Shown: positions 1 through 13,520 of the stretch, in pieces
Layout of the letters: each line of letters starts with the position of its first letter
Numbering within the stretch: position 1 is the stretch's first letter
Source: Eledone cirrhosa
Lineage: Eukaryota
Length of the DNA stretch: 64,000 bases
Direction: 5' to 3'
Assembly (NCBI GenBank): GCA_964016885.1
Contig: OZ024743.1
Location: 363,754,001-363,818,000, forward strand
Translations under genes and position numbers: made by a program
The notes under the pieces: model-generated
What the model was told of the DNA's origin: nothing
Database searches by the model: none
What the model saw: only the letters and a program-made list of their open reading frames with translations

Positions 1-930
1 CTTCTCGTTTCCAGCCAGTACAGACGCGACCAGCCAAGGTATGGGCACGTCTGGCTCGACGTGGGTCACTTTGACCCTCACAATTTTCTGCCCGCAGTAG
101 GAGGTCACTAAGACTATCTTCTCACACTTTAGGGTTTCCAAAGAGTGAGACTTCGCCTCTTAGGGGGTGGCGAATAGTACGCATACTGTGGCGTACTTTC
201 TGCCTCGAGTGATGTGGGTTTTGTGCGCCCAGACGCACCCCAAGGCCTTTTGGATTTGAGCCTCCGTGGCTCTCTCCACCCGATGTGACATTTTGCTTAT
301 GGTGCGGTAAGTCACCGTACGCAGCTGCTGGTCTTTGAAGAAATCGGGTGGAGGTTTCAGGGAAATTCTATTGTCATTTCTTGTCACCATGGCTCTTGCG
401 ACTGCCATCTCCTCCTCCGTGGCTAGCACTGTTTCTATATTTCGGGCCACACCTGCGAAAGAAGTGGCCGCTTTTTCAGCGGCACCATTATTGCTGCCGC
501 TACTGCTGTTACTGGTCTTGTTATTGCTGCTGTTGCTGTTGCTACTGCTACAAACGGTGTTGTTGGTGTTGTTGCTGTTATCACTGTAGTAGTTGGTTGT
601 GTTTTTGGTGCCACCGTTGTTGTTGTTTTCGGTGCAATTTGTATTTATGCTGTTGCTGTTGTCGTTGTTTATTTTCTTGTTAGTGGTGTTAATATCGTTA
701 GTGCAGTCATTTTTTTTTCTGTTGTCTGTATTTTGGTTGTCGCTGTTAGTGTTGTAGTTGGTGTGGTATTTTTTAAAAAATTAGTGTTCTCAGTGTTGTC
801 TTTGTTCACGTTGTTTGTGGTGGTGTTTGTTGTACCAATTTCTGTAACCCTCCTCTCAGCTTTTACGCCGTTGCCACACGACAGCAGACATATTGCTGGG
901 GGTGTGGCTCAGCCATGTTTTTTTTATTTT
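1..930 (-). mobile_element. Tx1-clade LINE copy 1: 5' part of ORF1, runs off the window start
   Basis: ORF 160..450 (ARNIETV...SLKPPPDFFKDQQL...ATEAQIQKALGCVWA) closely matches ORF1 of the copy at 5686..6462; Thr/Asn low-complexity N-terminus. Confidence 0.85.
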
Positions 931-1119
931 TAAAAGTAAAATGTTCAAATATTGTTCAAATATTTGGGCCAAAAGGCCCAAATATTATACTTTCCCCTTC
1001 ACAGGGCAAGTCCAAGGGCTTATATCCCTTACACAGCAAGAACAATTAAACAACAAATAATTATAACAGGTAAATAAAGCGACTTACTGGAGCGAGCAGA
1101 AAGACGTCCGAACATACCA

Positions 1120-4100
1120 ATAATAATAATAATAATGATTTCTTTATTGGCCACAAGGGCTGACATCAAGAAAAACATTACAGACGGTACGATGTGGGTT
1201 TTGTGCGTGTAAATATTTTTATTATTTATATAAGAAAAGAAAAAAAGACATAGAAACATATATATATATAAACAATAAAAATGAAAATTGAAAGAATGAA
1301 AAATTCCCCAATAGGGGGAAAATCTCCGAGGGTTCCTCGTGACGAAAACCACACAAAAGACCACGGCCACTCTGACCACCAGGGCAAGCGCCCTCTCTCA
1401 ATTTTTCCTTTTCTTAAACTACAGACGTATATTCAGAGCATTCTCGCTACATTTACCCACCTTTCAACAGACTTGCTAGAAGGCAGCACTTGCCTCTCCA
1501 CCCTGATTTTCCTCTTCAAGTGAAACTTGAAAAAGTTAATTAGGGATTCGCCGAAGAGGAAAGTGTCTGTCTTTAACCCTTTCAACCTTGTCCACCACAC
1601 AATCTCTTTCGCCATGGCCACCAGGCAGATAAAAACCGCCTGCCCTTCCTCCTCGAAGGGAGACGGCGAGACCATCTGCACAATGGACTCAGTCAATAAC
1701 TCCACAAGTCAGCAATGCTCGGGCACTGAACGAGTGCGTGCACGACGGTTTCGTCGCTCTGCGCGCATCTCGGATAGGCTCGGCTGACGGCAACTTCCGT
1801 GCCTGTAGAGCTTATCTCGAACCGGCAGCGCTCTCCGGTAGCACTGCCAGGCCAGAGATTTTTGGAAGTTATCCATACGCCCTGGGCTGAAAGTTCTCCG
1901 GAAGAGAGCAAACAGCTGATCGTCTTCGACGCCCAGGATCTCTCAGAGAACGTCGTCGCTCTTCCGCTCCACTAGTCCTCTATAGAACGCCGAGGTAGAT
2001 GTTCCACCGATACTGGTGCCCAGCTGGCAGAGAGCAGTGAGCGCCTGGAGACATTCCAGTTTCCAAGCGCTATCCCTCGGTCTTTTTCTGACCCAGGACT
2101 GCAGCTCCGTCAAGGAGACGAGCTGTAGGAAAACGTGCCTGGCGAACGGCGACCACACCTGTTTACCGTCAAGGAAGAACCAGAGATGTCGCAGCCTCAG
2201 CGCCTGTTTGCGCATCATCAGCCATGGCATGCCTAGTCCTCCACGCAACGGGTGTTGAGAGCAGATGGATTGTCTGACGATGGGAGCACGTCCATTCCAC
2301 AAAAAGAGGAAGAGGGGGCGCTCCATTTTGGTGAGAGTTGGGCCAGGGCAAGGGACGACGGTGAGTCGGTAGCAGATGACGGATGCGATGTACGCATTCG
2401 CAACCTCCGCCCGGCCTTTCAGCTTCCTCGGCCCATTTCTGGGTGAGGGAGGCCACCTTGCTCGTCACCTCGTTCCAGTTTTTCATCTCGTATTTACCGC
2501 ATCCTAGTTCGCGTGGGACGCCTCTCATCGCCCCCAGTTTGTGCAGTAACGGCTCGAGAACCAATACGTACAAGAAGGACGAGAGGGGACAACCCTGGCG
2601 GACCGAGCGCATGATGCTGAACGGTTGCGACAGGTGACCGTTCATCCTCATAACCGAGTAGATGTCGCTGTACATCGCAGCGATACAACCCCTGAAAACG
2701 GGCCCGAAACCGGCTGCCTCGAGGACCGCCGCCAGGTACCGATGGTCGACCCTATCGAATGCTTTGGATTGATGCAAGTTGATCAGGGCCCCACCCGTGC
2801 CTGGTTCCTTAACCACCCTCTCTACGATGTATCGCATGAGGTGGAGGTTGTCGTATATGGATCTGTCCGGAATTGGCGCATGTCTGCGCCATTCCCACCA
2901 GATCCTCGACGACATGCGCCAAACTCGTTGCTAACACCTTGGCCAAAATCTTAAACTCTGCGTTTAGCAGGGTTATGGGCCTGAAGTTATGGATAACATC
3001 CCCCTTGTTCGGGTCTTTTCTCAGCAGCGTCACCGCTCCCCGATTCACAAAACTGGGAATGCTCCCGTTCTGCTGCCAGTTGCAGTAGTCCTCTGCCAAG
3101 AGGTCGCCGATCAAGTCTGGCATAAATGCATAAAGCTCGTAGGGCAGACCATCCAAACCTGGCGATTTACCCCTCGTGCAGTTTGCCATCGCTTCCCGTA
3201 TTTCACCGGCTGTTATTGGCTTTTCGCAAAACTGTGCTGCGGTCGTTGAGAGCCGAGGCAGTCCGTCGAGATATGCACCGAAGTCCATACCCCGGTCCGG
3301 CCAGACACGGCTCCTAAACAGTTCAGCAAAGTGCTGCTGAAAAGCCTCTCACATCTGCTCGGGTTCGAGCAACACGCGCCCGTTTTGGTCAGACAAAGAC
3401 CGAATTGTGGCTTTGTTGCCACGTCGCGCCTCTGCCACCCGGGCCCATTGGACGGCTTTCGTCTCCTCGTGTTTCAGAGCACGCGCTCTAGCTCTGACAA
3501 CCAGCCTTCGTGTTTTGCGTTGAAGAATTGGTCGAGTGCCAATCTCGCCGCAAGCACGTCGGTTGCGATGCCTGTCCTAAACGCCTCTTCTAGCTTTCTG
3601 ACTAGCTCTCCCTCTACTCTATTTTCCTCTATCGCTACTCCTTTGCTAAACCTAATCGACTCTATTTTAATTGCCCTTTTCAGGGCAACCCACCACCTGT
3701 TGTGACGACCGCTCCCGTCAACCCCCGCTTAACTAATACGCTAATCCGGTCTCTGTAGGTTTTGCGCGCCGGGAAAGATGCGTTCAGCTTCCACTAACCC
3801 CGTCCATGTCTATGAAGTCTGTCTATGTCGATCTCACAGACAGCTCACAAATTTGTGGTCCGTGTAGTCGACTATTTTAAATTGTGGACAACCTATACTA
3901 CCCTTATCTAGTTCCCTGCAGAATACCCTATCTAGATACGATCTGGATGACCCGATGCGGTTTGTCCATGTCAACATTGGCACATTCGGGTGATCCAGTC
4001 GATACCTTTCGGACAGTTCAAAATGCCTTACCAGGTTGGTGAGGTTCTTGTACCCTCCTCCCCTATCCACTAGCCCCACACAATCCCAGCCTGCATCCAA

Positions 4101-6420
4101 GATACCGTTCCAGTCACCTACTAACACTAAAGAGCGGGACGTTCCCAGAAAGGTCTCTAGACGTCTGGAGAAATCTGTCCGTTCTGTCCCTGTTGGGGCG
4201 TAGACGGCTACTAGCCTGACAGCATTGCCTTCGCTACCGGCCACGTCCAGCACCACCGACTTACCTTCTCAGTCCAAGAAGATGGCTCGTATGGCGATAT
4301 CCATGCCTCTCCGAAAAAGCACAGCAACTCCGTCCCTTTCTCCCGGACGGCTGGGAGATGCGTATACATCGTACCTGCCGAAGATCGGTGCGAAGGCTCG
4401 TGCTTCTGAAATTCTGGTTTCGTTGATGGCCACCACATCTATGTTTAGTGACCTGAGGTCGTTAAGCAGGCGCTCCTGCTTCCAAGATGACCCCAGGCCA
4501 CGTAATTTTACACTGCCTATTACCTTGATCGCGCGGGAAAGGGACAGTTGAACCGTCCCTTCGGCTGGTCATGGGTGTCTCTAAGATAATATTCGTGTAC
4601 ATTCTCTTGGTCAGCGACCCTCTGAAGTCCCCAAATGCGTTGGGAAATTTTGTTTATAATGTTCCATTTTAATCTCGACAATGTTTATATTTTTTGGTAA
4701 TGTTCTTGGTGTTGGTGGGGTGTAGTAATTTTTGTCTGTAATGCCAGTGTGCTGCTTTATATGTTTCATGAGTTCTTGATTTGCAATGTTTATGGTTGTG
4801 TAATTTCTTTTTTTTGTGTGTGTGTGGGGGGGGGGGGCTGTTGGGTGTGTGTGCCTTGTTGTGTTTGCGATTTTGGTGTTTGTAGTGATGCTGGTGGTGG
4901 TATGGTTGTTGGTGGTGGTGATGCTTGTGGTGGTGAGGGTGATGGTGTTGCTGCAAATCGCCTTGCAGTTTTTACCCCTCTTTTTGTGTCCTTGCCTTTG
5001 GAGGGCAGAGCTAAGGGGTTTTTCCTTTTCTTTTTGTGACAGACTTTTGCCACTCCACTCCCGTCTCACACTCCATGTCGGATTCCGTGGCGCTTGGGAG
5101 GGGTATGAGCTCCACGGCTGTTGGTGATGGTAGTGGAGCCCGCTCCGGCGATTTTACCGCCGGTGTAGCTACTGCGACTGTTGGTGTTGCCGCCATTGCT
5201 GCCGCCGTTTTAGTTGTCCGTGGCCTTGGTATGGGTGCCACGGACGTTGCCTTCCTATTCACTGTGGAAGAGTATGATGCCTCTGTTGCCTGCCCTGCTC
5301 CTGGTAGCAGCGGACAAGGCGTCGGAAGGGAGGGGGGCTTCTCCTTTGCTGTCGTCTGCGAGCAAAAGGCCCTGAGGTAACCCTTCGACCCACAGAGATA
5401 GCACTTTGGGCGCCTTACTTCCACGATTATGGGGGATTGAACTCCTTCTTCGAGGTCTATCACGTCCGGGATAGCCCCAATTACACTCCTGGTCAGTTTG
5501 GATTAGCATTTGCATTTCAATACCTGACCAGTTCGCCCTCCCTATCCTCTGCACTTGCAGCGTGGTCGTCCTGTCCTCGACTCCGGCGAGGACAGACGCG
5601 GCTAGCCAATTTATGGGCACGTCGGGTGGGACCTGGGTAACTTTGACCCTCACAATCTTCAGTCCGCAGTAGGCCGGCACTAACACTATCTCCTCGCACT
5701 TAGGATTACCAAAAAGTGAGGTCTCGCCTCTTGAGGGGTGGCATACGTTTCTTCCATGGTGGCATACTTTTCGCCTCGGATGGTGCGGGTTTTGCGTGCC
5801 CACACGCACCCCAAGGCCTTTTGAATTTGAGCCTCTGTGGCTCTCTCCTCCCGATGGGATTTTTTGCTTATAGTACGGTATGTAATCATACACAGCTGTT
5901 GATCTTTGAAAAACTCTGGTGGAGGTTTCAGGGAGACTCTATTTTCTTTCCTAGTCACCACGGCCCTTGTGACCACCATCTCCTCCACCGTGTCCACCAC
6001 TGTCTCTATATTCCGGGCCACCCCCGCAAAAGAAATTGTTTTCAGCGGCACCATTGTTGCTGCCACTACTGCTGATACTGGTCTTGTTGTTGGTGCTGGG
6101 TTCGTTGTTACTGTTATTGATGTTGTTGTTGTTGTTGTTGTTGTTATTGTTGTTTTCGTTGATACTGTTTCTGCTGTTATTGTTGTTGTGGCTGTTGTTT
6201 TTATTGTCATTGTTATTGTCTTGCTCAACTTTATCGCTATTATTTTCGTTGTTGCTGTTCTTATTGATGCTGTTGTTGGTGGTGTTTGTGTCAGAGCCAT
6301 TTGTTTTAAATCTGAAACAGTATCATTAATAACGATATTGTTTTTCTTTTCTTTCGAAATATTTTCTTTTGTATTCACCTTCGCTAAAACGCTGTCTTGT
6401 TGACATGTTGTCAACGTTTC
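1120..6420 (-). mobile_element. Tx1-clade LINE copy 2, full length but degenerate (ORF1, APE-RT ORF2, 3'UTR)
   Basis: ORF1 with knuckle remnant CYLCGSKGYLRAFC; APE motifs LVAVYAP, GDWN, SYLDRVF, TDH (3834..4256); RT motifs KSPGLDG, FRPITLLN, KAFDRVDH, RQGCPLS; a deletion near 2493 removes YADD; 3' end CCCTTGTGGCCAATAAAGAAA + (TTA)n. Confidence 0.93.
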
Positions 6421-6425
6421 CTCTA

Positions 6426-6529
<104 letters not shown>

Positions 6530-6579
6530 AGTGGTATCCATGTTTGAACATTTATTTATTTTGTGAAATTTTACAGAAT

Positions 6580-9035
6580 ACGACGCCCCACTAACAGTTC
6601 CCCGCTAACACTAAAGGGCGAGACGTTCCCAGAAAGGATTCCAGGTGCCTAAAGAAGTCAGGCGGTCCAGCCCCGATAGGAGCGTATACGGCCACCAGTC
6701 TGGAGGCACCACCTTCACTATTGTTCACGTCCATGACCACCAACTTACCGTCCGGATCCCGTAAGAACGACCTCACCTCGAGATCCAGGCCTTTCCTAAA
6801 TAGCACTGCCACCCTACCTCCCGTTCCCGGCTGACTAACAAATGCGATGATCTGATAGTCGTCAAAAATGGAGGCTAGTGCGCGCCTTTCGGAAATCCTG
6901 GTCTCGCTGATGGCAATCACATCTACATCAAGAGACCTGATATCGTTGAGCAGGCGGCCCTAATTCCAGGACGACACCAGGCCACGGACATTTATACATC
7001 CTGCTCTTAGGATCACCATTTTGGCAGGGTAAATGAGAGAGAAGAAAGGTTTACTTACCTCCCGGAGTCTTGTGAGGGTCAGTTGGTTCGACCTCCATGG
7101 TTGGTGGGGTTTCCATTGGGAACCCCATCAAAAGCCTGCTCAAGGCTTTTACATTAGGGGTCGCCAATGTCGTCGGGAAAGCACACCCTAATGTTTACTT
7201 AGTTTTTTATCGGCATCCGCACCAACAGCAGTGTTTGGGGTACTTTGAAGGGGAAGGTGCCAAAAATCTCTCCTTCATCCTCAATGTCTTGACTTCGTGT
7301 TACAAGGGCCATAAGTTGTTTGTTGGCCCTTCTTAGTAGCACGAAGTTGGGTGTGTCTGTCGTTGTTGGTGTCTGCGTGTACTTTCTTTTGTTTGGCATG
7401 ATTTGTACTTGTGCCGGTGTTGTTGACGGTTGTAGCGGTGGTGAGGTCGCAGGTGTGTCTGTGTTTTCCGTGGGTGTGTTTTGTGTGCTTGTTGGTGTGT
7501 ATGGAGTTGAATTTTTCTTTTTCTTTTTTGCTTTTTAGCCTTTTGAGGTTCCCCCTCATCTTCACTCGGAGATGTGGAGGAACTGGTGTCTGGAGACTCT
7601 GCGTCAGAGGGTAGTGGAAGTGTGTTTAAGGGTGTGTGCGTTTTCCTCTGTGTGTGTGTGTCTTTGAAAGTGGGGGAGAAGGAGAGTTTGTGTGGGCGAC
7701 AACCTGGGAGGTTTCAAGTGTCTTCGTTTGCGATGTTGTTACTGCTATTGTTGCTAGTGGTGCTGTTTCCATTACTTTTGCTGCTGTTGATGCTGGTGTT
7801 GTCCCTCCTCCTGACACCGGTGTTGGCAGCAACGGAAGCTTGCGGCTCCCCTACAATTTTCAGTTGGCGGCAAATGTCTTGCAGGTGCGTGGTTTCACCA
7901 CAAACGAAACAATGCGGCCGTTTGCCCTCCGTGACTACTTGGATTTAGTACCCGTTCGCCAGTTTGATGCGGTTCGGGATATTCTTTATGTCTTCAGGTC
8001 TGATTTGGGGACGAATCTCCAAACCAGTCCAGGACCACCTCTTTCTCTTTGTAAACTTGACGTCGAGGAAGGTGTCAGGGCCCTCTGCTGTCACGCATCA
8101 CAGGAGCCACCGTAAGTCCAGTTCTGGTGGAATCTAGGTACACGGACCCTTACTGTCCTCCTCCCCATGTAGGACGGTTACAAAATGATTTGATCCGTTT
8201 TGCAGGGAACCACAAAATGCTTCAGTTTGAAGAACACCAGGATGCTCCCAAATTGTTTGGCCCTTGTTATATGGTCTATATCCTCATCATTGATGCATTT
8301 CAGTGCGGCCTCCTCCATCGGAGGCTGTTTCAGCTTTTCGAGATTTGACCGAAATGCTTCAATATTTTAGAGTTCTCCTCTCCTTTGCTGCCATTACCTC
8401 TGCCGGGACGTTTAAATTGGCCCAGCTTTTCTCTTTTATAATAATGTTTTTCCACCTGGTCCAAATGTTCATTTTTCTCTGTAAGGTCAAAGTTGTATAG
8501 CATTTGGCTTTTTGCTACTGAGGCCGTGAAAGTACTCTTTTGTTAATGTTGTTGTAGTTGTCATTTTTGTTGTTGTTGCTGTTTTGCTGTTTTTCGTTCT
8601 CTAAGTTGTTATTGGTGTTGTCGTGCTTGCTGTTGTTGTTGGTGGTGTTGTCGTTCTTGCTGTTGTTGTTGTTGGTGTTGGTGGTCTTGTTGTTATTGTT
8701 GTTCATGATGTTATCATTCATGCTGTTGCCTTCGTGTGTGTTCGTTTTAATTTTGTTTTTCGTTTCCATTGTTTCAGTGGTGGGATGTGTAGGGGGAGGG
8801 CGATTTCAGTGGTGTTGGCCCCGCCTACCGTCATTGCGGTGGGGGTGGGTGACATTCACCGTGGTAAACATTGGCAGAGCTAAAAAGTCCGCTTAGTTTT
8901 CACGAGCTGCTGTTACTGCTGTTCTTGCTGTTGTTGCTGCTGCTGTCATTGTTTTCAGAATTTTGGCTGTTCCACTCTATGGACAGCCCGCCATTTCGTT
9001 TGGTTCACGCAACATTTTTGTCCGCCATCTTAATT
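6580..9035 (-). mobile_element. Tx1-clade LINE copy 3: divergent ORF1 plus N-terminal half of the APE endonuclease, 3' truncated
   Basis: 6591..6920 IAISETRI...RLVAVYAP...LESFLGTSRPLVLAG; upstream ORF1 with zinc knuckle CFVCGETTHLQDIC (~7870-7915). Confidence 0.88.
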
Positions 9036-9243
9036 TTCACAGAAAATTGAGAGGTGTGCTTCAAAAACAAACAGATTTGTCCCTTTAGGGCTTGAAGTAG
9101 AGCTGAATGAATCAGCTCACAAAGATAGTGACTCAATTAGCTTCAAAACGATATTAAAATTTCAATGCAAAAGGTTGAATAACAAGGAAAATAGATCAAA
9201 CGTACAGGAGCGAAGTGAACCGCATCTTGAAAGACTGAACAAT

Positions 9244-9427
9244 AATAATTGTTTCTACTATTGACACAAGGCCAGAAATTACCCAGTACATTACTGGTAC
9301 TTTATTTTATCGACCCCGTAAGGATGAAAGGCAAAGTTAACCTCGGCGGGATTTGAACTCAGAATGGCAAGGGCCGTAATTCTATGCGTCAAAGCATGGC
9401 GTCCGACCCTCTACCGATACTGCCAAT
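9244..9427 (-). mobile_element. tRNA-derived SINE (family A)
   Basis: A box TGGCAGTATCGG, B box GAGTTCAAATCC, central GCCTTTCATCCTTACGGGGTCGATAAAATAAAGTACCAG, (TTA)n tail; many similar copies in the window. Confidence 0.92.
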
Positions 9428-9444
9428 AATAATAATAATAATAA

Positions 9445-10030
9445 TTGAGCAATCCTGTAGATAAAAATGGGGTCGCCATTAAAGAATACCGACAACGAAT
9501 GCATAAAAAAATGGAGAGAATTAGGTTTGTTTCAATTCACAGAGCAGAGGTTATGCGGCCAATCCAGAACGATAAGAAAAAATCGTTGGTTGACAGATGT
9601 GGAATTCGAATCTTTCAGAAAACAGCAGTAAAAGAAATGGTGAAAATAAAGGTTTACTGAGGAAAGAAAAACTACTGTAGAGGAAACGGATGAATAGATT
9701 TCTGGTAACCAACAGAAACAGAATAGAGATGGACTGTCTGGTGAGAGAAATGTAGATGGTATGGAAAACAATGATATTAATGAAAGTATGACTGGTGAAC
9801 ATGTGTACGACAGAATAAAGGCAATGTTACAGGAGGACAATAGGAATCTTATTTGCAACCTAAAGAAAGTTGACCAATACAAGCTGAACCAAGAAACAAA
9901 GTGAATGAAGTTGTGAAATACATCAAAACAAATATCACAGAAACAAATGGTCTGATAAAGTCAGCAAGCATTGTTGTAGCAGAAAATATGGGTGTAGATG
10001 TCAAGGCAAATGAAAAAAATAAGGGAGTCA
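9445..10030 (+). mobile_element. N-terminal fragment of an R4/Dong-like non-LTR retrotransposon
   Basis: Frameshifted YRQRMHKKW...TEQRLCGQ...RWLTDVE resembles the N-terminal GYMNRMKLHW...QLRQ region of the element at 14050; no catalytic motifs seen. Confidence 0.55.
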
Positions 10031-11750
10031 AACAAATATATGATGTAAGTTGTCCACGTTTCGCATCTGTATAGCAGGGCTATAAGAACACAGGCTTCAT
10101 ACACAGATGGCTTTGTGTCTCTCGAGATACCCTGATCTGATCAGACTTGCTTCTCAAGCTTCCCGAAGGCAAGATTCGCTTTCGCAATCCTGTGATTTAT
10201 TTCTGCATCGGGGGTACCATCTCTACTAAGTGTACTTCCGAAAAGATGTCCACTATTTCTAGTCTTTTACCTCTTACGAAAATGTCTGGCTCCACATACA
10301 CTTCCTCAACTGGTGGAGTGTACTTTTGTCTTTATACGTTAACCAAATGTTGCGTGCGCATACATTGGAGATATTCAATATCAACAGCATGTCTTCTATT
10401 GTGTGAGTCACAAAATCTGCATCATCAGCATAAAGGTTCTTCCTGACGAGAGTGCCGAATGTTTTGGACTTGGAGTTAAAACGTCTTAGATTAAGACTTT
10501 GCCAGAGGTTCTAAATCGCAAATATACACCGATTTAGAAGTCTTAAAAGCTATATGTCAGCAGCACGGCAAAGTAGATGGTAAACAGCGTGGGTACAGGT
10601 ATGTCACCCTATTGACACCGTTTTTCCACTGAAAAGGCTCTGAAAGTGTCCCATTGAAGTTCACTTTTGCCTTCAGATTTTGATGGAATCTTTTGAATAT
10701 TCCAACACATTCAGGTAGATATACAAGTTTCCTCAATATGACCCAAAATGCATTACGATTGACAATATATATGGCTTTAGTAAGGTCTACAAATACTTGG
10801 TACAGTGGTACTCGCTCCTCAACACATCTCCATAAGCTAGCGGGCTGAGAAAATCATGTCAACAACACCCCGCTCAGTTCTGGATCAACACTGGGTCTCA
10901 ATGATGTTACCAAGGCAGATCCATTTTATTAGACGGTTCAGCAGAACATTGGATAAGACTTTCCCAAATCGATTCGAACATATTTATACCACGATAATTA
11001 CCACATTCAAACTTGGAGCCCTTGCCCTTGTAAACCGATAGCAAGATTTCATCTACCCACACTTACGGGACAGGCACATCATGCCATACACATAAAGCCA
11101 GCCCATGGCTGGCCATAACAATATTGCCTCCTCCAAAGCGGAGCAGCTCAATGGGTTTTCCATCCAAATATGAAGCTTTCCCTATGTTTATCTCTTTGAT
11201 AGTAGACCTTATCTCATCAATGGCTGGATCATTCATCATCTCTGTTACAGTCTCCTTTTGTGGCAGTTCATTAATACTTTCTTATTCAACTAAAGATGGG
11301 TTGTCAAACAGATATTTAAAGTGTTCAGTCCACCAACTCATGATTCCCGTTGGATCTTTGATATGGACGTTCACATCTTTTGACTTCAATGATGCCACTC
11401 TTGAAGGCTGTGGGCCAAAGACGTACCTTATTGAGCTGTATAATGCATTCAAGTGTCTGCAGTTATAAGCCCTCTGCATCCCTGCTAAAACATCAGATCA
11501 TTATTCTTCATCTTCCGAGTTTTACATTGCAGTTTTGACATTGCTTCTTTGAAGGCTCTCAAAAGTGGTCTTCACTGGACCCTCAATAACAAAGCACTTC
11601 TCATGCAGCTTGTTCTTCTCTTCAATGAGCATGGTGATTGTAGCATCATCATCATCAAACCAGTCTCGGTGTTTCAAACTTCCCAAGTTCCATAAAAGAC
11701 AACGTTGTCAAGTGCATTGGGAAGAGCGTCTCATAAAACTGCCTAAAAAG
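10030..11750 (-). mobile_element. RTE-clade (BovB-like) LINE RT fragment, degenerate
   Basis: Minus-strand DWFDDDD, YVFGPQPS...HFKYLF, FVDLTKA.IVNR and YADD (~10420-10432); many stops and frameshifts. Confidence 0.75.
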
Positions 11751-11782
11751 TGAAAAGTCTTAAAGTTTATTGAGTGTACCCC

Positions 11783-11896
<114 letters not shown>

Positions 11897-12127
11897 ATAC
11901 ATCACTAATACAGCGTGATTCACAACCGATGTGTATATCAGGGTATATACGAAGATCTCCAGTAGATGGTAAATATTCTTTAATTTGTTTGAAAATGACA
12001 AGGCTTTCTCAGATGATTTGAAGATGCTATTCTGAAAGATATTAGAAAGCATGCGAAAGGTAATCCATGTGACGATGTTTAATATATCTGAATTTAAACA
12101 CACACGCACACAAACATACATTCTATA

Positions 12128-12172
<45 letters not shown>

Positions 12173-12403
12173 AAGAGAGGTTACACATCCTCCTGTTACG
12201 ACCAACAAAGCTAAACAGCCGTGTAAATTAAACACCTGACACAAAAACTACTCTTTATTTCATTTCACTAATTTGAATAAGAACGATAAAAGCTGTTGGC
12301 GAGCAGCAACAAAACTTGATGAACCAAGAAGAGCAACATTATTATTGGATCACACATGTGATTCATTCACCCCCAGTGTGTGGGGGTGGGGTATGCCGGC
12401 TGT

Positions 12404-12744
<341 letters not shown>

Positions 12745-13082
12745 AATGTAATCTGAGTTTTTCGAATATTAATAATAATATTCGATTCGTTTGCATTTAT
12801 GAAAACAAGTCTCACTTCTATAGCCATGTCAGTAGAATAAACTCTTCATTCTTGCTCTTGTGTTGGCATGTAAACAACACTGCATATATATATATGTCTC
12901 TTCCTATCTTTCCGTTGCCATACCATCGTTGTTTGTTTACATGGCTCGCTCGTTTCACCCTATTTTACTTGTCCCAATAACTTTAGTCGTTATTGTTCGC
13001 ACCAACTAGAGGTATATGATTTTTAAAGCGATGAAATACCAATGAAAGTTGGAAGATCACTGATGAAGGACTAATTTTATTC

Positions 13083-13127
<45 letters not shown>

Positions 13128-13130
<3 letters not shown>

Positions 13131-13317
13131 CGAAGGAAATGTGGTAAGGAACCAGGTGGACCATAACGCACCAAAGTACTCAATACTTGAGGTAGTAGAG
13201 TGGGTAATAGGAACCAGTAAGACCCCGACAGCTGAGCTCAAGCCGTTTCGACGGCTAATTCTGGACTGAATTAGCCGTCGAAACGGCTTGAGCTCAGCTG
13301 TCGGGGTCTTACTGGTT

Positions 13318-13322
<5 letters not shown>
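13128..13322. repeat. Short dispersed repeat within (TA)n ending in a perfect palindrome with 55-bp arms (possible Penelope pLTR remnant)
   Basis: Arms 13207-13261 and 13268-13322, loop TGGACT; (TA)n on both sides. Confidence 0.85.
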
Positions 13323-13352
<30 letters not shown>

Positions 13353-13520
13353 GTATGTGTGTTTGTCTGTGTGTGTGTGGGGGGGGGGGGGGTATGTGTA
13401 TTCATGAGTCTTTGTGTTTGAGTAGATTCGGCTGTGCGTATAAATATATGCATGCACATAAAGATATATACATATATGTATTCATACATACATACATACA
13501 CACAACATACATACATACAT

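Noticed and set aside
13050-13082. CTGATGA hammerhead half
   Set aside because: No closing stem II or GAAA before the (TA)n tract
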